A stretch of DNA of 64,000 nt. Source: Lama glama (Eukaryota). The notes beneath the pieces are model-generated. The model worked only from the letters and a program-made list of their open reading frames with translations. It was not told the origin of the DNA and did not search any database. Of the stretch, positions 12,521-24,688 are shown one piece after another (positions within the stretch are counted from its first letter, which is position 1; every line of letters starts with the position of its first letter). A program made the position numbers and the translations under genes. Location: contig CM052817.1 in assembly GCA_028534125.1 (NCBI GenBank), positions 62,374,001-62,438,000 on the forward strand. The letters are read 5' to 3'.

Positions 12521-15500
12521 GCAGTCTCACAGATAGATACACATGGAGGAGAGTTAGGAAAGAAAATCTATGATGCCTAAAGATTAAAAGATAATTTTTA
12601 TGAAGCTTTAAAGTTTTGTGAAATTTGCTGTAGGGAAAGACAATATTAAATGGTATCCTAATGGTTTTGAAAATTGAACTTCCTAAATTTGAGCACCAAG
12701 TTTCATTATATTCATGCTGGACAACTCATATTTGACAAATGTATGTCAAATTAGGTGAGTGTAGACAGTTCAATAAGATAGTTCTGTCTGATATAAAATT
12801 TTGATTGTCTAAATTGATCAAAGTGTTTGGAATATTGTGATATTGACACTCTGTGTTATATGAAACTTGAAGCGAAGGACTCATCCTTTCAGGGTGAATG
12901 AACTTTTCCAGTAACCTATAGTCAAATGGTTCATAAAGAAATCTCAGAAGAAGTTAAATGAATTTGAATACAATCCATTATAGGTCTGGATCCACTAACA
13001 ATAATGTAAGTATAAAGTAATCTTTAAGGTATCTCTGCATACAGTTAACTTTGATTAATACAATGATAGAATTGAATAATTTAATATTGAGCTTTTCTGG
13101 GAAATAATATAATATTTTTAATGAATACACTGCTAGAGCATAGATCTCTTATCAGACTTTTGTCTATTAATTTTAATGATTCTTTTTCAGTGTTTATGTT
13201 AGCCCTAGATAACAACTGATCTAAATAGCCTGAGTTTATTTGAAATTTATGCTCAGAATTTTAAATATCATAGATGATTTCATTTGCTTACAAACATTAT
13301 GATCTACTGTATATTACCCCACCCACTGAATATTTTGGACATCTTTAATGTCTACTGCATTGAAAGCAATTTAGTAAGTAAGCATCAGTGGAAATTATTA
13401 TTTGGCAAGAATAGAGTTATATCATGCTATTAATATCATGCAGACTCTGTAAAAGCATAACATTTTATATTATTTGCATATTTTTAATATATTAGTTGTA
13501 GATAAACCACTTTGAGTAGTTCATTGCAAGCTTTCATCAAAGAGACTAATAACATTTAGATGTAAAATTCTAGAGGTAGAAAAACTGAAATTTTAATTCA
13601 GTTGAAAGCGATAGCATACCATTTTCATACAAAAAACAACGTGCAGGAAGCAGTTGTCTTCTAAATAAACTGACTGTGTTCATGATTTAGCAGAATCAGT
13701 TACTTTGCAATTGATTCTGACTACAGCTAGTATTTGAGCTTTAAGCACTGTGATCTCAGGATTTTACCTAATGGCACATAAGAATCACTCAGGGCTGTGG
13801 CAGAAACATGCACGATGTGCTCAATAACGATTCCCTTTGCATTAAAAAAATGTTTATTCTTCAAGGCAGGCTTTGTGAAAGGGTCCAGTCATGACCTTAA
13901 GATATGAGAGCATTTTTCATAAAATACAAGAACTGGGGAAAATTCAACATCTTGTAAGGAAGCTCATTAACCAAATGGCTGACATAGCATATGGCAGTAG
14001 AACTCGCTGGGCATTGGAGAAGCAAGCTGAAAGTTTGATAGTGGAACATGTTACACATAATTAAATATGGATCCTTCCTAATCAATAGTGAGGGCATAAT
14101 TACTTTTCTCAAGGTTAGTTAGTCAGGGTTGTTTAAGGGAACAGAAGCCAGAGTGAAGGAAATCAAGACGACATACTAGAGAATCACACATTTTGGAGCT
14201 AAGGAAGCTATTAGGAGCTTTGGCACACTTGAGAAAACAGACTGCAATTTTATCAGTAGTCTCATTAGGGAACTATTAGACAAGGTCAAGAAGGCCTATG
14301 AGAACTGATGGGTACATTTAAGCAGTGCCTTCCTGCTTCATCAAGTTACTCAATAATAGCTGTCACATTTTCATGTTTTTGAACACAAACATCTTACATG
14401 AGCATCTTCTTAAAGTATTGCCCAATTTTGCCTTTTAAAGATGTCATCATTCCTCTGTGTAAGCTATCAGTGATGAATTAATGAGTGTTTTCTGTGATGG
14501 TGAACCCAAACTGTTCCAACTACTGACTGTAAATCATGAGGGAAAGAAATATGTACTTAAGTATGTGTAGGTGTTTGTAAATATGTCTTCCCCCATACTA
14601 GGCCCTTGGGAAGGAAGAATAATGAAGAGAAAGATCGTAACATCTTAGTCCCATCAAGCATGTGGGCTAGTTAGCATTCCTAGAAATGTTGCTAAATATT
14701 ATATCTTTTCTCCTTCCCTTCCTTTCCTCTCTATCCCTAAATATTTATTGAGTACCGAGCACCTTCTTTGATCCAAGCATTGAATATAGGAGATATAAAT
14801 TATATCTCCTATAAATAATAATGATGGAGATAAGATTGATTGTGAGGGTGTGCCAAGTATCATCAGCTGTCCGTGAAGGCTCTCTATTACACACCAGAGA
14901 AAGGATGACTTGAGCTGTCATGTGAGACTGTAAGACTGCCTGCACATTTGACTTCATACATGGAATGATATATGAAGGAATTTCAAGTTTATTCCAGGAA
15001 CAAATAATGTGAATTTGTGTTTATATAAGGGTAATACTTACCTGAAACTTTTTTCCCCAAGCATATTTGATGAAAGTTCTGATTTCAGAGAGATTTTTTT
15101 CCAGGAAACTTACATAAGTTCTTAAAATCATCTAAAATCCTAACAAATATATCCCTTAAAAACTTGCCTTTCTTACTTCTATTTCTGAAACTTAAATTTG
15201 TTCCTTTAAGAGATAAGAAAAAACATTGCTTTTATAAAAATGAATAGTATATCATATTTAGTAACTGTTACAAAATGGTCAAATTTTGATCTGAGATAAT
15301 ATGTATATAAAACCTTTGAAATTAATTAAAGCTTGAGAAAGGGAAGTCTCTTGGATATTATTTACCATCCTTTATTTATTTATATTTTTAATATAAAGCA
15401 CTAACATCATAATGTTTTCTCCCCACTGAATATTTTCAATGTTTGTTAAACTTAAAACAATTTTTAATTAAAAAATTAGTTGGTCATAGGACTAGCGAGA

Positions 15501-15689
15501 CTAGCAGTTTTTAGCAGTGTATGTATTTTATATGTTTATTAATCGTGTCTTTACATGGGCTACTTGGAAGTCTATTCCCACCTTCATCTTTGCTGACAGA
15601 ACTCTGTTCTGTTTTTCCTTCCAGGCATCTAGCAGAGCTCTTAGGGATGGTGGGCCCCATACTTAGCCTAGGTTTGGGAATTTGGTCAA

Positions 15690-16082
15690 TGAGATGTATA
15701 TACAAAGAGACAAAGAGACAGAGACAGAGGCAGAAAGAGAGATTTTAAGGAATTGGCTCACACAATTGCAGGAAGGCAAATTTGAACTCTGTCGGGCAGG
15801 TTAGCAGCCTAGTCCCTCAGGCAGGAGATGATGCTGCAGTCTTAATGTAGGTTTTCTTCTGGGAAACCTGTTTTTGCTCCTAAAGCCCTCAGCTAATTGA
15901 ATGAGGCACACCCACATTATCAAAGGTAATCACCTTCACTTAAATAATTGTAAATCATTAACCACATTGCAGATATTAGCCACATCTACAAACTACCTTC
16001 ACAGCAATACTTAGATTAATGTTTGATTCAACAACTGAATATTATTACCTAGACAAGTTAACTCATAAAACTGACTGTCACA
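15690..16082 (-). mobile_element. MLT2 (ERVL) LTR, partial
   Basis: AAGGAATTGGCTCACACAATTG, CACCCACATTATC and the end CAAGTTAACTCATAAAACTGACTGTCACA (reverse complement of the MLT2 TGTGA... start). Confidence 0.85.
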
Positions 16083-16199
16083 GAATTGCTTGATATTTCA
16101 GGAAGGGGGAAAAAATCTAGGCCTGGGATCTGATAGATAGCATCCTGACCAGAGTCACTAGCATGGAAATTCAAGGTCTTTCCTCATGTTTCCAGAACT

Positions 16200-17215
16200 A
16201 AGCTTATTTACAGATGCAGAGGCTCTCAACTGAGGAAGGACTGAATCCCTTTGCAGAAGGATCCTGCAACTTGGCCAGGTTTATGTTGTAGCTCTTCCTC
16301 CATCCAGTCTACCACCAGAAAGGCCATTTATTAAAGTGACAGTTTATTTGAGAAAAGCAAACACCTAGATCTTCTGGGAGTTAGTAGAAACATGGTTCTG
16401 AGGTGATGCTAATGTCTGGGGATCCAAAACTCCACCATGGTCCATGGTAGATTATGGTATTATGGCGATAAATGGAGTCTTGACCCAGTATGTTATAAAA
16501 TAAGTCTAGCACACCCACAGATATCCTATCATTGTTTTTTTGGTTCCTTATGCATATTTAAGATAGATAATTTAGCAACAGGATCTCCACTGACCTATGA
16601 AGTAATGATTATAATGGGAGGAGGAGCCAAGTATAAGTACCTGGAGTTGCCTCTTCCTACAAACTCATCAGTTTAGCAAACCAGCATTAATCCTGTTTCT
16701 GAGCGGGAGGGATTTTAGACATTAGTTTCACAGTAAAAACTTTGAAGACACAGAGGTGGTGATTCCTATTATATCACCTCTTAATGTATCTGATTGATCT
16801 ATGAAAAAGCTAAATGAGATTTTAAGAAAGACTGTGTATAATCACAGACTTAAACTTAATCAGATGGTGATAACAATTTCAACTATAAGTTTTTTTTTTT
16901 TTTTGGGAGAAAATCAACGCAGTTCCTGACAGCTAGTATTTAACACTGACTTGGCAGACACTACACAATCCCATTTTAAAACGACATAGGCAGTCATTTG
17001 CTCTTACCCAGAAGTGGCAGCAGTGTCCTGAAATCTGCCATAATAGAGTCTGCAGGGCCCTTGGTGACCTTGATGGTCCAGAGAGCATCGCACTAGTCCT
17101 TACAGTAATGGAGGTATGCTAATGAGACCTGGGCATCAGGAGCCAGGCTTCTAGATGCCTTAGAAAGACAGGTGCTTGCCAGGGATTAAAAAATAAACTC
17201 TAAGAAAACTCAGAG
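16200..17215 (+). mobile_element. ERVL internal fossil (protease and N-terminal RT), multiply disrupted
   Basis: Plus-strand reading RPFIKVTVYLRKANT*IFWELVET/GSEVMLMSGDPKLHHGP resembles the ERVL protease (RPFTRVTVHWGKG...GLLDTGSELTLIPGDPK). EVVIPIISPLNVSD*SMKKLNEILRKTVYNHRLK resembles ERVL RT (GVVIPTTSPFNSPIWPVQK.DGSWRMTVDYRKLN). Confidence 0.85.
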
Positions 17216-17218
17216 GTG

Positions 17219-17305
17219 GTATTAGTCAGGAGTCTCCAGAGCAACAGAGCTAACAGGCTATATATATCCAGAAGAGAGAGAGATTTATTTTAAGAAATTG
17301 ATTGG
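17219..17305 (-). mobile_element. MLT2 LTR terminal fragment
   Basis: TATTAGTCAGGAGTCTCCAGAGCAACAGAGCTAACAGG...GAGATTTATTTTAAGAAATTG is the reverse complement of an MLT2 3' end. Confidence 0.75.
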
Positions 17306-17539
17306 TTACCCTGGATGCCTGGTCATTTTTTTGTTGATTCCATTAAATGTATCCCTTTAAATATTGTTTCACTGAAGTCTTTACATTTAAACCATCTGAG
17401 CTGAAGTCTGTTTCCTGCAAGACCCAGATCTAGAGAGTATGTCTGTCTATCTATCTATCTATGTCTCATCCAGGCCCAGTATTGAAATGGGAATTTGTAA
17501 GGCAGTCAGTGAATATTTGTTGACTGATAATTATGATAA

Positions 17540-17720
17540 CAACCACCATTTATTAACCTTGAACTACTCAGGCTAGGCATTCCACATTTATTTCACTTTA
17601 ATCCTCATATTAACCCTAGAAGGGTTTTACAGACAAGAACAGAGACTCAAAAAGGTTAGCTGGGTAAGGTGAAACAACTAGTAAATAGTGGCATAGGAAT
17701 TTGTACCTAGATCTGTCTGT
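17540..17720 (-). mobile_element. MIR SINE
   Basis: CACTTTAATCCTCAT...TTTTACAGACAAGAACAGAGACTCAAAAAGGTTAG...CTAGTAAATAGTGGCATAGGAATTTGTACCTAGATCTGTCTG. Confidence 0.75.
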
Positions 17721-18859
17721 AATAATATTTCACCATAGATAATAAAAACTCATTTATTTTCTTTTCATTAATTTTGAGGTAGGTATTGTAAATAAACAAA
17801 AAATTTCACTCTTTTCTGCATGATGTACTTAACACATACGCAAGAAGGTCTAATTCCATTCTTTTGTGAACACACAATCCTTTTGCCCCCAACTTGCAAC
17901 ACAATGTAAATGATGCCTAGGATTTGACATACTGTCCCCAGATTATTACCATTAATTCACTGCGATTGAACAGGTAGCATTTAGAGCCACTTCACTGGTA
18001 TACTTGCTTCACAAAAGGAATTTGTTTTGTATTGGAAGAAATGTATTGTACCTGCCTCTTGAGAAATCTCTTAGAACTTTTTAATACCACCACTAAAAAT
18101 AGAGAAAGAGCCAATATGATTTTTAAAACAGGAGGATATTGTTGGTACACCACCATCTGGCTCTAAAACTTCTGGGGAAGAATAAGACCTATTTTCTGAC
18201 TTGATGTGGGAAATCTAGTATCATGATTCCAAAATATATCCAGTCCCTTCCTATTGACTGTTAGTTTATTTGAAACACAGTAATAATTGTTAGGTGTATT
18301 AAGTGTTAAAAGTAATTCCATCGCTGCTGTCTTGCCGCATGATGCAGTAGATGGTCATGAGTTAGAAATGGAATAAAATCACCATACCACTATGTCAGTT
18401 CCTAAGTAGTAAAATCACAGTGTAGAGATCAGGACCATGTCTTTAGCTTCTCAGACCTGAGAAGATCAAATGGGGAACTGACAATAAAATGTTCATTTTT
18501 TTTCCTGAAGACCTCAATCCATGTTTCCACCAGGGTGGTAGATTAAATTATGTCCTGAAAGACATAAATGGCTTCTATGTAAGAAGCTGCAAAACAGTCA
18601 ATTTTGAATTGAATACCCCACGATCAGCAAGCCTGTTTGATCAGAGGACCCACTTAATGAGCCATTAGCCATGCTTTACTCTGTTTAAACTTAATCTAAG
18701 TTCTGCTTTTCTCTTCTTCCATTTTATACACTCTTGATAACTTTATATTTAAGAAAGGAGTTGCACTTCTGTATGCAGTTTCTTCCTTGTCTGAGCAAAA
18801 GTTTGAAGTAAATTCAGCTTTTTTTTCGTAATATTTACTATATTGTGATTTCCATTAAT

Positions 18860-19855
18860 ATAACAAACACAGAGTTACAGATGAATGTCAATGCATGTGG
18901 GTGAAATGACTTGTTTCAGGTTAGGGAGCAACTCAGAAACAAAATCAAGGAAATTGCTGAAAGTAAGGAAATACTCAAAAGCAAAAGGATGGTAACAAGT
19001 CAAAGGGATGTGGGAGACAATGTGAAAGTACTCCTTATGGCCAAAATAAAAAAACATACTATTATACACCACAGTAAAAAATGAATACCCCCAAATTAAA
19101 TATATATCAAATGACCGAATAACTAAGTGAGGAAGAAGAGACAAATTTCCTATACAGAAGAATTACAAATAATTTATGTACACTTATTACCCACACTCTC
19201 CAAGAGATGGAAACTGACACCCTATACCTCCCCTTCCTGCTACAGTGTGGACTGTGTTTAGTAACTTGCTGCCAAAAAAGAAAGTACGAAAACAGTTAAG
19301 AAGCAAAGTATCACTTTACAGTGGAGTATGCTGGCAATACTACCTTGACCAGGTGATCAGGGTGAATGTCATAAGTGATAAGTAATGTATCTTTGATATG
19401 ATGGCACTTCAGTTCTGTGGTCTTCCTCTAAAGAATCCTGTAACCCTAGTCTAAAAATGAGGGGAAAAATCAGACAAACCCAAACTGAGGGACATTCTTC
19501 AAAATATCTCACCAGTACTGCTTAAAACTGTTAAGGTCATCAAAATCGAGGAAAATATGACAAATTGTCACACATCAGAAGAGACATGATGACTAAATGT
19601 AACGTGCTATCCTGAATGGGGTCCTGGAATAGAAAAGGACCTGAGGAAAAACTGGTGAATTCCAAATAAAGTGTAGAGTTTAGGTGTTAATCAGATACCA
19701 ATATTAACTCCTTAGTTAAGACAAATATTCCATCATAGTTTAAGATATTAACAATAGGGGTATCTGAGCAAGCGGCATGCATCTCTCTGTACTATCTTTG
19801 AAACTTTTTGTGAAGATGAAACTAATATAAAATTAAAGGTTTATTTTAAAAAATC
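18860..19855 (+). mobile_element. L1MC-type 3' UTR
   Basis: Motifs CTTTACAGTGGAG, CTACCTTGACCAGGTGATCAGGG, TCAGACAAACCCAAACTGAGGGACATTCT and AAAACTGTTAAGGTCATCAAAA, ending CTCTGTACTATCTTTGAAACTTTTTG...A-rich. Confidence 0.85.
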
Positions 19856-20699
19856 AGAAAAAAATCAAAGAGATTACTAGAAGTCTCTACAGTCCTAACC
19901 AAATTTTTATTATTAGAAGGTTTTTAAAAATGTATTAATGAGTAAACTCTTTACACGTTCCCAGCAGATTCTAGTATTAGAAAAAGTATTCATAGCATGA
20001 AGTATGTGAAACAGCACTCAGCATATTGCCTTGTATAAAGTAAACTCTTAATAAATATTTATCAATTGATTGAATAGGATCGTGAATTATTTTTCTCCTT
20101 GGCTTAACATACTTATTACTTTGTTTAGTTTCTTATGTAATAAGTAGTTGGATATAAGTGAGAGGCTTTTTTAAAATATGGAAATTTTAATACCTAAAAA
20201 CCATACTAGTAAGAATCAATAAATAATATAGTAGGTTAGTCATCCAGTGAAGTAACTCATCCTATGAAAAGGTTGCTCAGTTTATCCTAGAGATTTGAGA
20301 AAGGTCTGCCTAATCAAGGTGATTGCAGAGTAGGCTCAGGAGTGCATAACTGGAATTGTTATGAAAGAAAAATAGGTGGATCAATGACATTAACGTTACT
20401 GAAGATAGCACAGTTAGTCAAAGTGTGAAGAAAGGGGACTCTGAGAAGAAGAATTTGTCAGCATTTCCCCAGCACTCTCCACAGATGTCTCAGGCTGTCA
20501 CAGCTTGAAGTCATTACTATTAGGTTCATTCAGCTAACCCTCCTTGCTCTGATTAATTTTATTTCCCTTGTAGATTTTTTTTAGTAGAAAGGGAGTACTC
20601 TAGGGTTACTTTGCTAGTTATAGTTCCTATGGTAAGTTCATAGATATGCATTTGCATTCTGGTTTATTCACTAGTTTCTTAGGCATTTGGTTAACCTAA

Positions 20700-20735
<36 letters not shown>

Positions 20736-21399
20736 GCCAAATAGGTATAATGTTGTTACCTACCTTAAATACTAGTCTTGAAATTAAAATAAATAACAAA
20801 ATGCATAGCTTGTGTTTAGTAAAATGCCTTCTATAAACAACCATTAATTCTTGAGCTGTATTGTTGATATTATAATTCTTTTGTTTTAGTGGTTACTGAA
20901 TCATTTTCAATCTCCATCCTGAATTTGAGCCATTCTGACAAAATTTAATTCTTTAACCTGAAAATCTGAGAATTAGATAATGGTTCAGTTACTCTCTGAT
21001 AGAATGCAAGCTTGCTTGGCCTGCCTGAGCAGCAGATTGGCTTCCCTCATACCTCTGTTTCTAGTCTCACTTTCAACATCAGCACCCGAGGATCATATAC
21101 ACATACAACAGCTAGTAGCCGGTAGAGAGACTACTGTATAGGGATCTCTTAATTCATCACTGAAATGAGGCATCTCTAAAGTAGGATATAAAAATTATTT
21201 AGCCAGCTGATTTAGCAGCTGTGATAAGTGGTGTGTGTGATTTAAACTTGAGTAAAATTGTGTTTAATTGAAAATTTGGCCACTATATGAAATTTTCACT
21301 GCAAAGATTAGTGCATTGAAGTCTGCCAAGGGTGCCAAAACTGTGGGAGAAAGACACACTTAAGTTAATATTTCATGAAGCAGTCAGTGTTTCATAAAA

Positions 21400-21576
21400 T
21401 AGAGTTCTGGAAAATGTTCCAGGACCATGTTCATCAGAATCACCTGGGGCATATGTTAAATTGTAGATCCCTTGCCCTCAAAAAAGTTCTTTTGGACCAG
21501 AATCTCCCTATGGGGAATCCAGGAATTTTCAAGGTTCATGGGTAATTCTTACACACCCTACAGTCTGAGAACCTGG
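21400..21576. mobile_element. MER5A-type hAT MITE
   Basis: CATCAGAATCACCTGGGG...TGTTAAATTGTAGATCCC...CAGAATCTC...GGTAATTCTTA...AGTCTGAGAACC. Confidence 0.75.
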
Positions 21577-22254
21577 TTTTGCTTTATAAATTAAGAGAAA
21601 GCATTTTGTAACCAATGTGCTGACAGATTTTATTCACAGTGTTCACCCCTTTCCAGAAGTCTTGAGTTTAAAATTTAGGCAAAAAGAGGGACACTGTCAT
21701 GCTTAAGTATTGTTCCTCCCTAATCAACATTTATAATGAGGTATTTTTAGAATATGTTTTGTAAACTAAAAATTGTACTTTGCATTTTTAAATAATGGGG
21801 GTTTTAATTACAAAAGACTTTGGTTCAGAAAGTTTAGCCAATTTGCATATTAAAGGGTTTCTAGATGCATAGCAATTCTGCTAAACCTAATTTTTTTGTT
21901 TCATTTTTTCATTTGTCAGAATCCTTCTATATATGAGGTGGTTTTTCTTTTGATAAACATTTTATGGAACACTTACAGAATCAAGCTTAACCTCACCAGC
22001 TCTCTGGATTGGATTAATTTTCTCAAATTTGCTTTGCTCAGGGTCAAATATTTGCAGTTTGGTGATATTTCTATGAACCCTGATATGCAGTTGTTTTTGC
22101 AACATTCACAAAACATATCCTACAGAAAATACACCAGCCTGATTTACTTGCAATTGAATGTTTGTTCTAACACCAATCCAGTGGAACCCATTGCAACAGT
22201 AAGACAGTGGAAACAGGCATGAAAATGATTTCCCTCTGATCACACCGAAGGAAT

Positions 22255-22400
22255 AGAACTTTGAATCAGAGAAGCCTATGTATTACCTGTATGACTATGA
22301 ATACATTCTATGGACTTTCTGAGCCTCCAATTACCTACCTATAAAATGGGTTGATCAAATAAGATAATAATATTTGTAAAATACCTGTCACATACCAGCT
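22255..22400 (+). mobile_element. MIR SINE fragment
   Basis: TTTCTGAGCCTCCAATTACCTACCTATAAAATGGG core motif. Confidence 0.65.
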
Positions 22401-23499
22401 AAACAGAGAACAGTAGCTAAAAGGAAAAAGAAAGAAGCCTGAAAATAATAGAACCTAGATAAGAGGAGGCTGCAGCTTCTGGGACTTTACTTCGTAGACA
22501 TGAGCAGAACTCTTCATTTTGAAAACTGGACATCCAGACTCTTAGAACTGGAACTATATAAAAGAGAAGAAGAAAAGAATAAAAGTCTCATTTTGTGGCA
22601 CAGCTAGAACTCAGTAATTTTGTGATTTTTGAATTGTAAAGTGAATAAGAATGTTATTTACTTCAAGAATCGTCTCCATTGTACCATGGTTGAATGAATC
22701 TAGAATTCTTAATAAAGGCACTGTGCTGTGAGAAGTATCTCTTGATGCCGCTGACCTTATATTTCCTGTTAGTTTTTATTCTTTGACTTCACATTTCCTG
22801 TCTTCCCCCTTTACACATAATGAATAAAAATTGTTTCTACATTTTATATTATTGTGCACATTATCATTTCTTATTAACATTTTTATTTTCACAAGAGAAC
22901 AAAATGCCATTTTCCATGAAGAACAGGAAGAACTAAGAAATTTTAAGCCTTAAAAGTCCTTAGAAATCCTTATAGCTATTAGAATCATTACTGTGCCTTC
23001 TCCAAGAAAGCCATTTTAAGGGAAAGGGCCTTTTAACCTTCTCCTCATAACACAGTGATAACAGTTACCTAATGAAACATGTTAATATAATGGATTGATG
23101 ACTTTAGCTTTTGCAAAGTAAGGACGAGTGAAAGGTAATATTTTTATGAACTAGTGCTCTTTTTATAGCATTTTTTTTTAAATCTGTGTATCCCCCTTAA
23201 CTCAGATGCAAAGAGAGTAGAGAACCCACTCAAAATAGGTGTGCAGTGCTTGGAAAGAGGTTTAACATATCAAAAATAGAAAAAAGTCCTTTAATTTGAT
23301 AACTGGTAAAAATATAAATTAGAATAAAAGTTATTTTTAATATAGAAAAACCTGTTAACTCATACTGGAAAATGGGCATGTAATCTTAGATAGAGTGAGA
23401 ATAGAAGAAGGAACTGAACCAGTGGGACTCTGAGAAGAAAAAAAAAAAATACTCTGGAAAAACTGCATGAAAAGATACTCTCTTGGAGATTTGGATTAG

Positions 23500-24030
23500 A
23501 AAACTTTGTTTTCCAGTTTTTCCATTTTGTTTTTATTACACGTTTGTACACATACTTTATTCTAGTACTTATTTCCTTAGGTTTCCATAACTAAATTTAT
23601 TACACTAAAGAAAAATTTAAAGCTGTTTCTGTACGTCACTGTGAAGAGTGTTTATTTGTTGGTGGAAAACTGTTGCCAAAGTTCTTACCAACATAAAGTC
23701 TGAGAATGCCTGTCTGACTATGTAACCATTAATATTTAGCATTACTATTTAAAAGTTACTGTAAATTAGATGAGTAAAAATTTCCTCTCCTTTTTTCTAA
23801 GTTTATTTGATTACTAATGAAACATCATATATTTATTTGTTATGTGCAGTTCTGTGAATTTTTTATTTATGAGCAATGCCTACTTTTCAATTTGAGAATT
23901 AACATTTGTTTTTATGAATCTCTATCATTCAAAATTGTTGCACATGTCTTCTCAAGTTTGTCATTTGCCACTTAAAGTAGTTCTGATACTTTTTAACACA
24001 TGTGTAATTTTTTATGTATTTAAATATTCT
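23500..24030 (-). mobile_element. Highly diverged L1 fragment
   Basis: T-rich segment with motifs (ACCAACATAAAGTCTGAGAATGCCTG, GATTACTAATGA, TTGTTGCACATGTCTTCTC) resembling antisense L1 ORF2 C-terminus. Confidence 0.5.
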
Positions 24031-24155
24031 CGTTGGTAAATAGGTTAACTGTTAAAATACAAGTTCTGTTAAGACACAGATTTGACTGTCTTGTGCTCTG
24101 CTATATCTCTAGCACCTATCATGTGCCTACCACCCAGGAGATTCTCAGTAAATAT

Positions 24156-24303
24156 ATATTGTTAAAAAAATTTGGGAGGGGTAATTAGGTTTATTTATTT
24201 TCATTTATTTATATTTTTATCTTTTTAATGGAGGTACTGAGGTTGAACCCAAGACCTCATAAATGCTAAGTGCACACTCTACCACTGAGCTAAACCCTCC
24301 CCC
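24156..24303 (-). mobile_element. tRNA-Ala-derived SINE (camelid vic-1 type)
   Basis: Reverse complement reads GGGGAGGGTTTAGCTCAGTGGTAGAGTGTGCACTTAGCATTTATGAGGTCTTGGGTTCAACCTCAGTACCTCCA followed by an A-rich tail. It has A/B boxes and tRNA-Ala(AGC) similarity. TSD is TTCTCAGTAAATAT (24142-24155) / TACTCAGTAAATAT (24304-24317), inside an L2 tail. Confidence 0.9.
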
Positions 24304-24688
24304 TACTCAGTAAATATTTTTAAGTAAATGAACATTTGTAGGTACAACATGTTTTGTTATTCATAATTCTGGCAAAAGTAGGATTCTGGGGAAAAGTAAC
24401 TAATAGTTTCCTTATCTTTCATCTCTTTATTTTACTCTTAGAAATCCTTAATTATAATATAAGCATTTTGAAATAAATTACTGTGTTTTACAAATGTCTG
24501 TATAGATGAGATAGCTTAATATATGGCCTTTCTATATATATTTATTGACCTGTATTGAGTGCAAAGAAGAAAAAAAAATCCAGCCAAATAGAAAAATAAT
24601 ATTTCTTCCTCAAATATTTATTTTTTATGAAAATTCCTATTTTTAATAGTTATTTACTGATTGCCTGTTCTGTAGTAATCATGAAAAT

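Noticed and set aside
15034..15044. ATACTTACCTG (U1 snRNA 5' end, or a perfect minus-strand CAG|GTAAGT donor)
   Set aside because: Sequence after it does not continue as U1, and I found no convincing partner acceptor. A single short match is compatible with chance.
21896..22222. 108-aa plus-strand ORF
   Set aside because: Non-ATG start and no recognisable domain. The splice signals here point to the opposite strand.
24230..24303. tRNA-Ala-like gene
   Set aside because: Stems carry mismatches, and the A-rich tail and TSD show it is a SINE copy.
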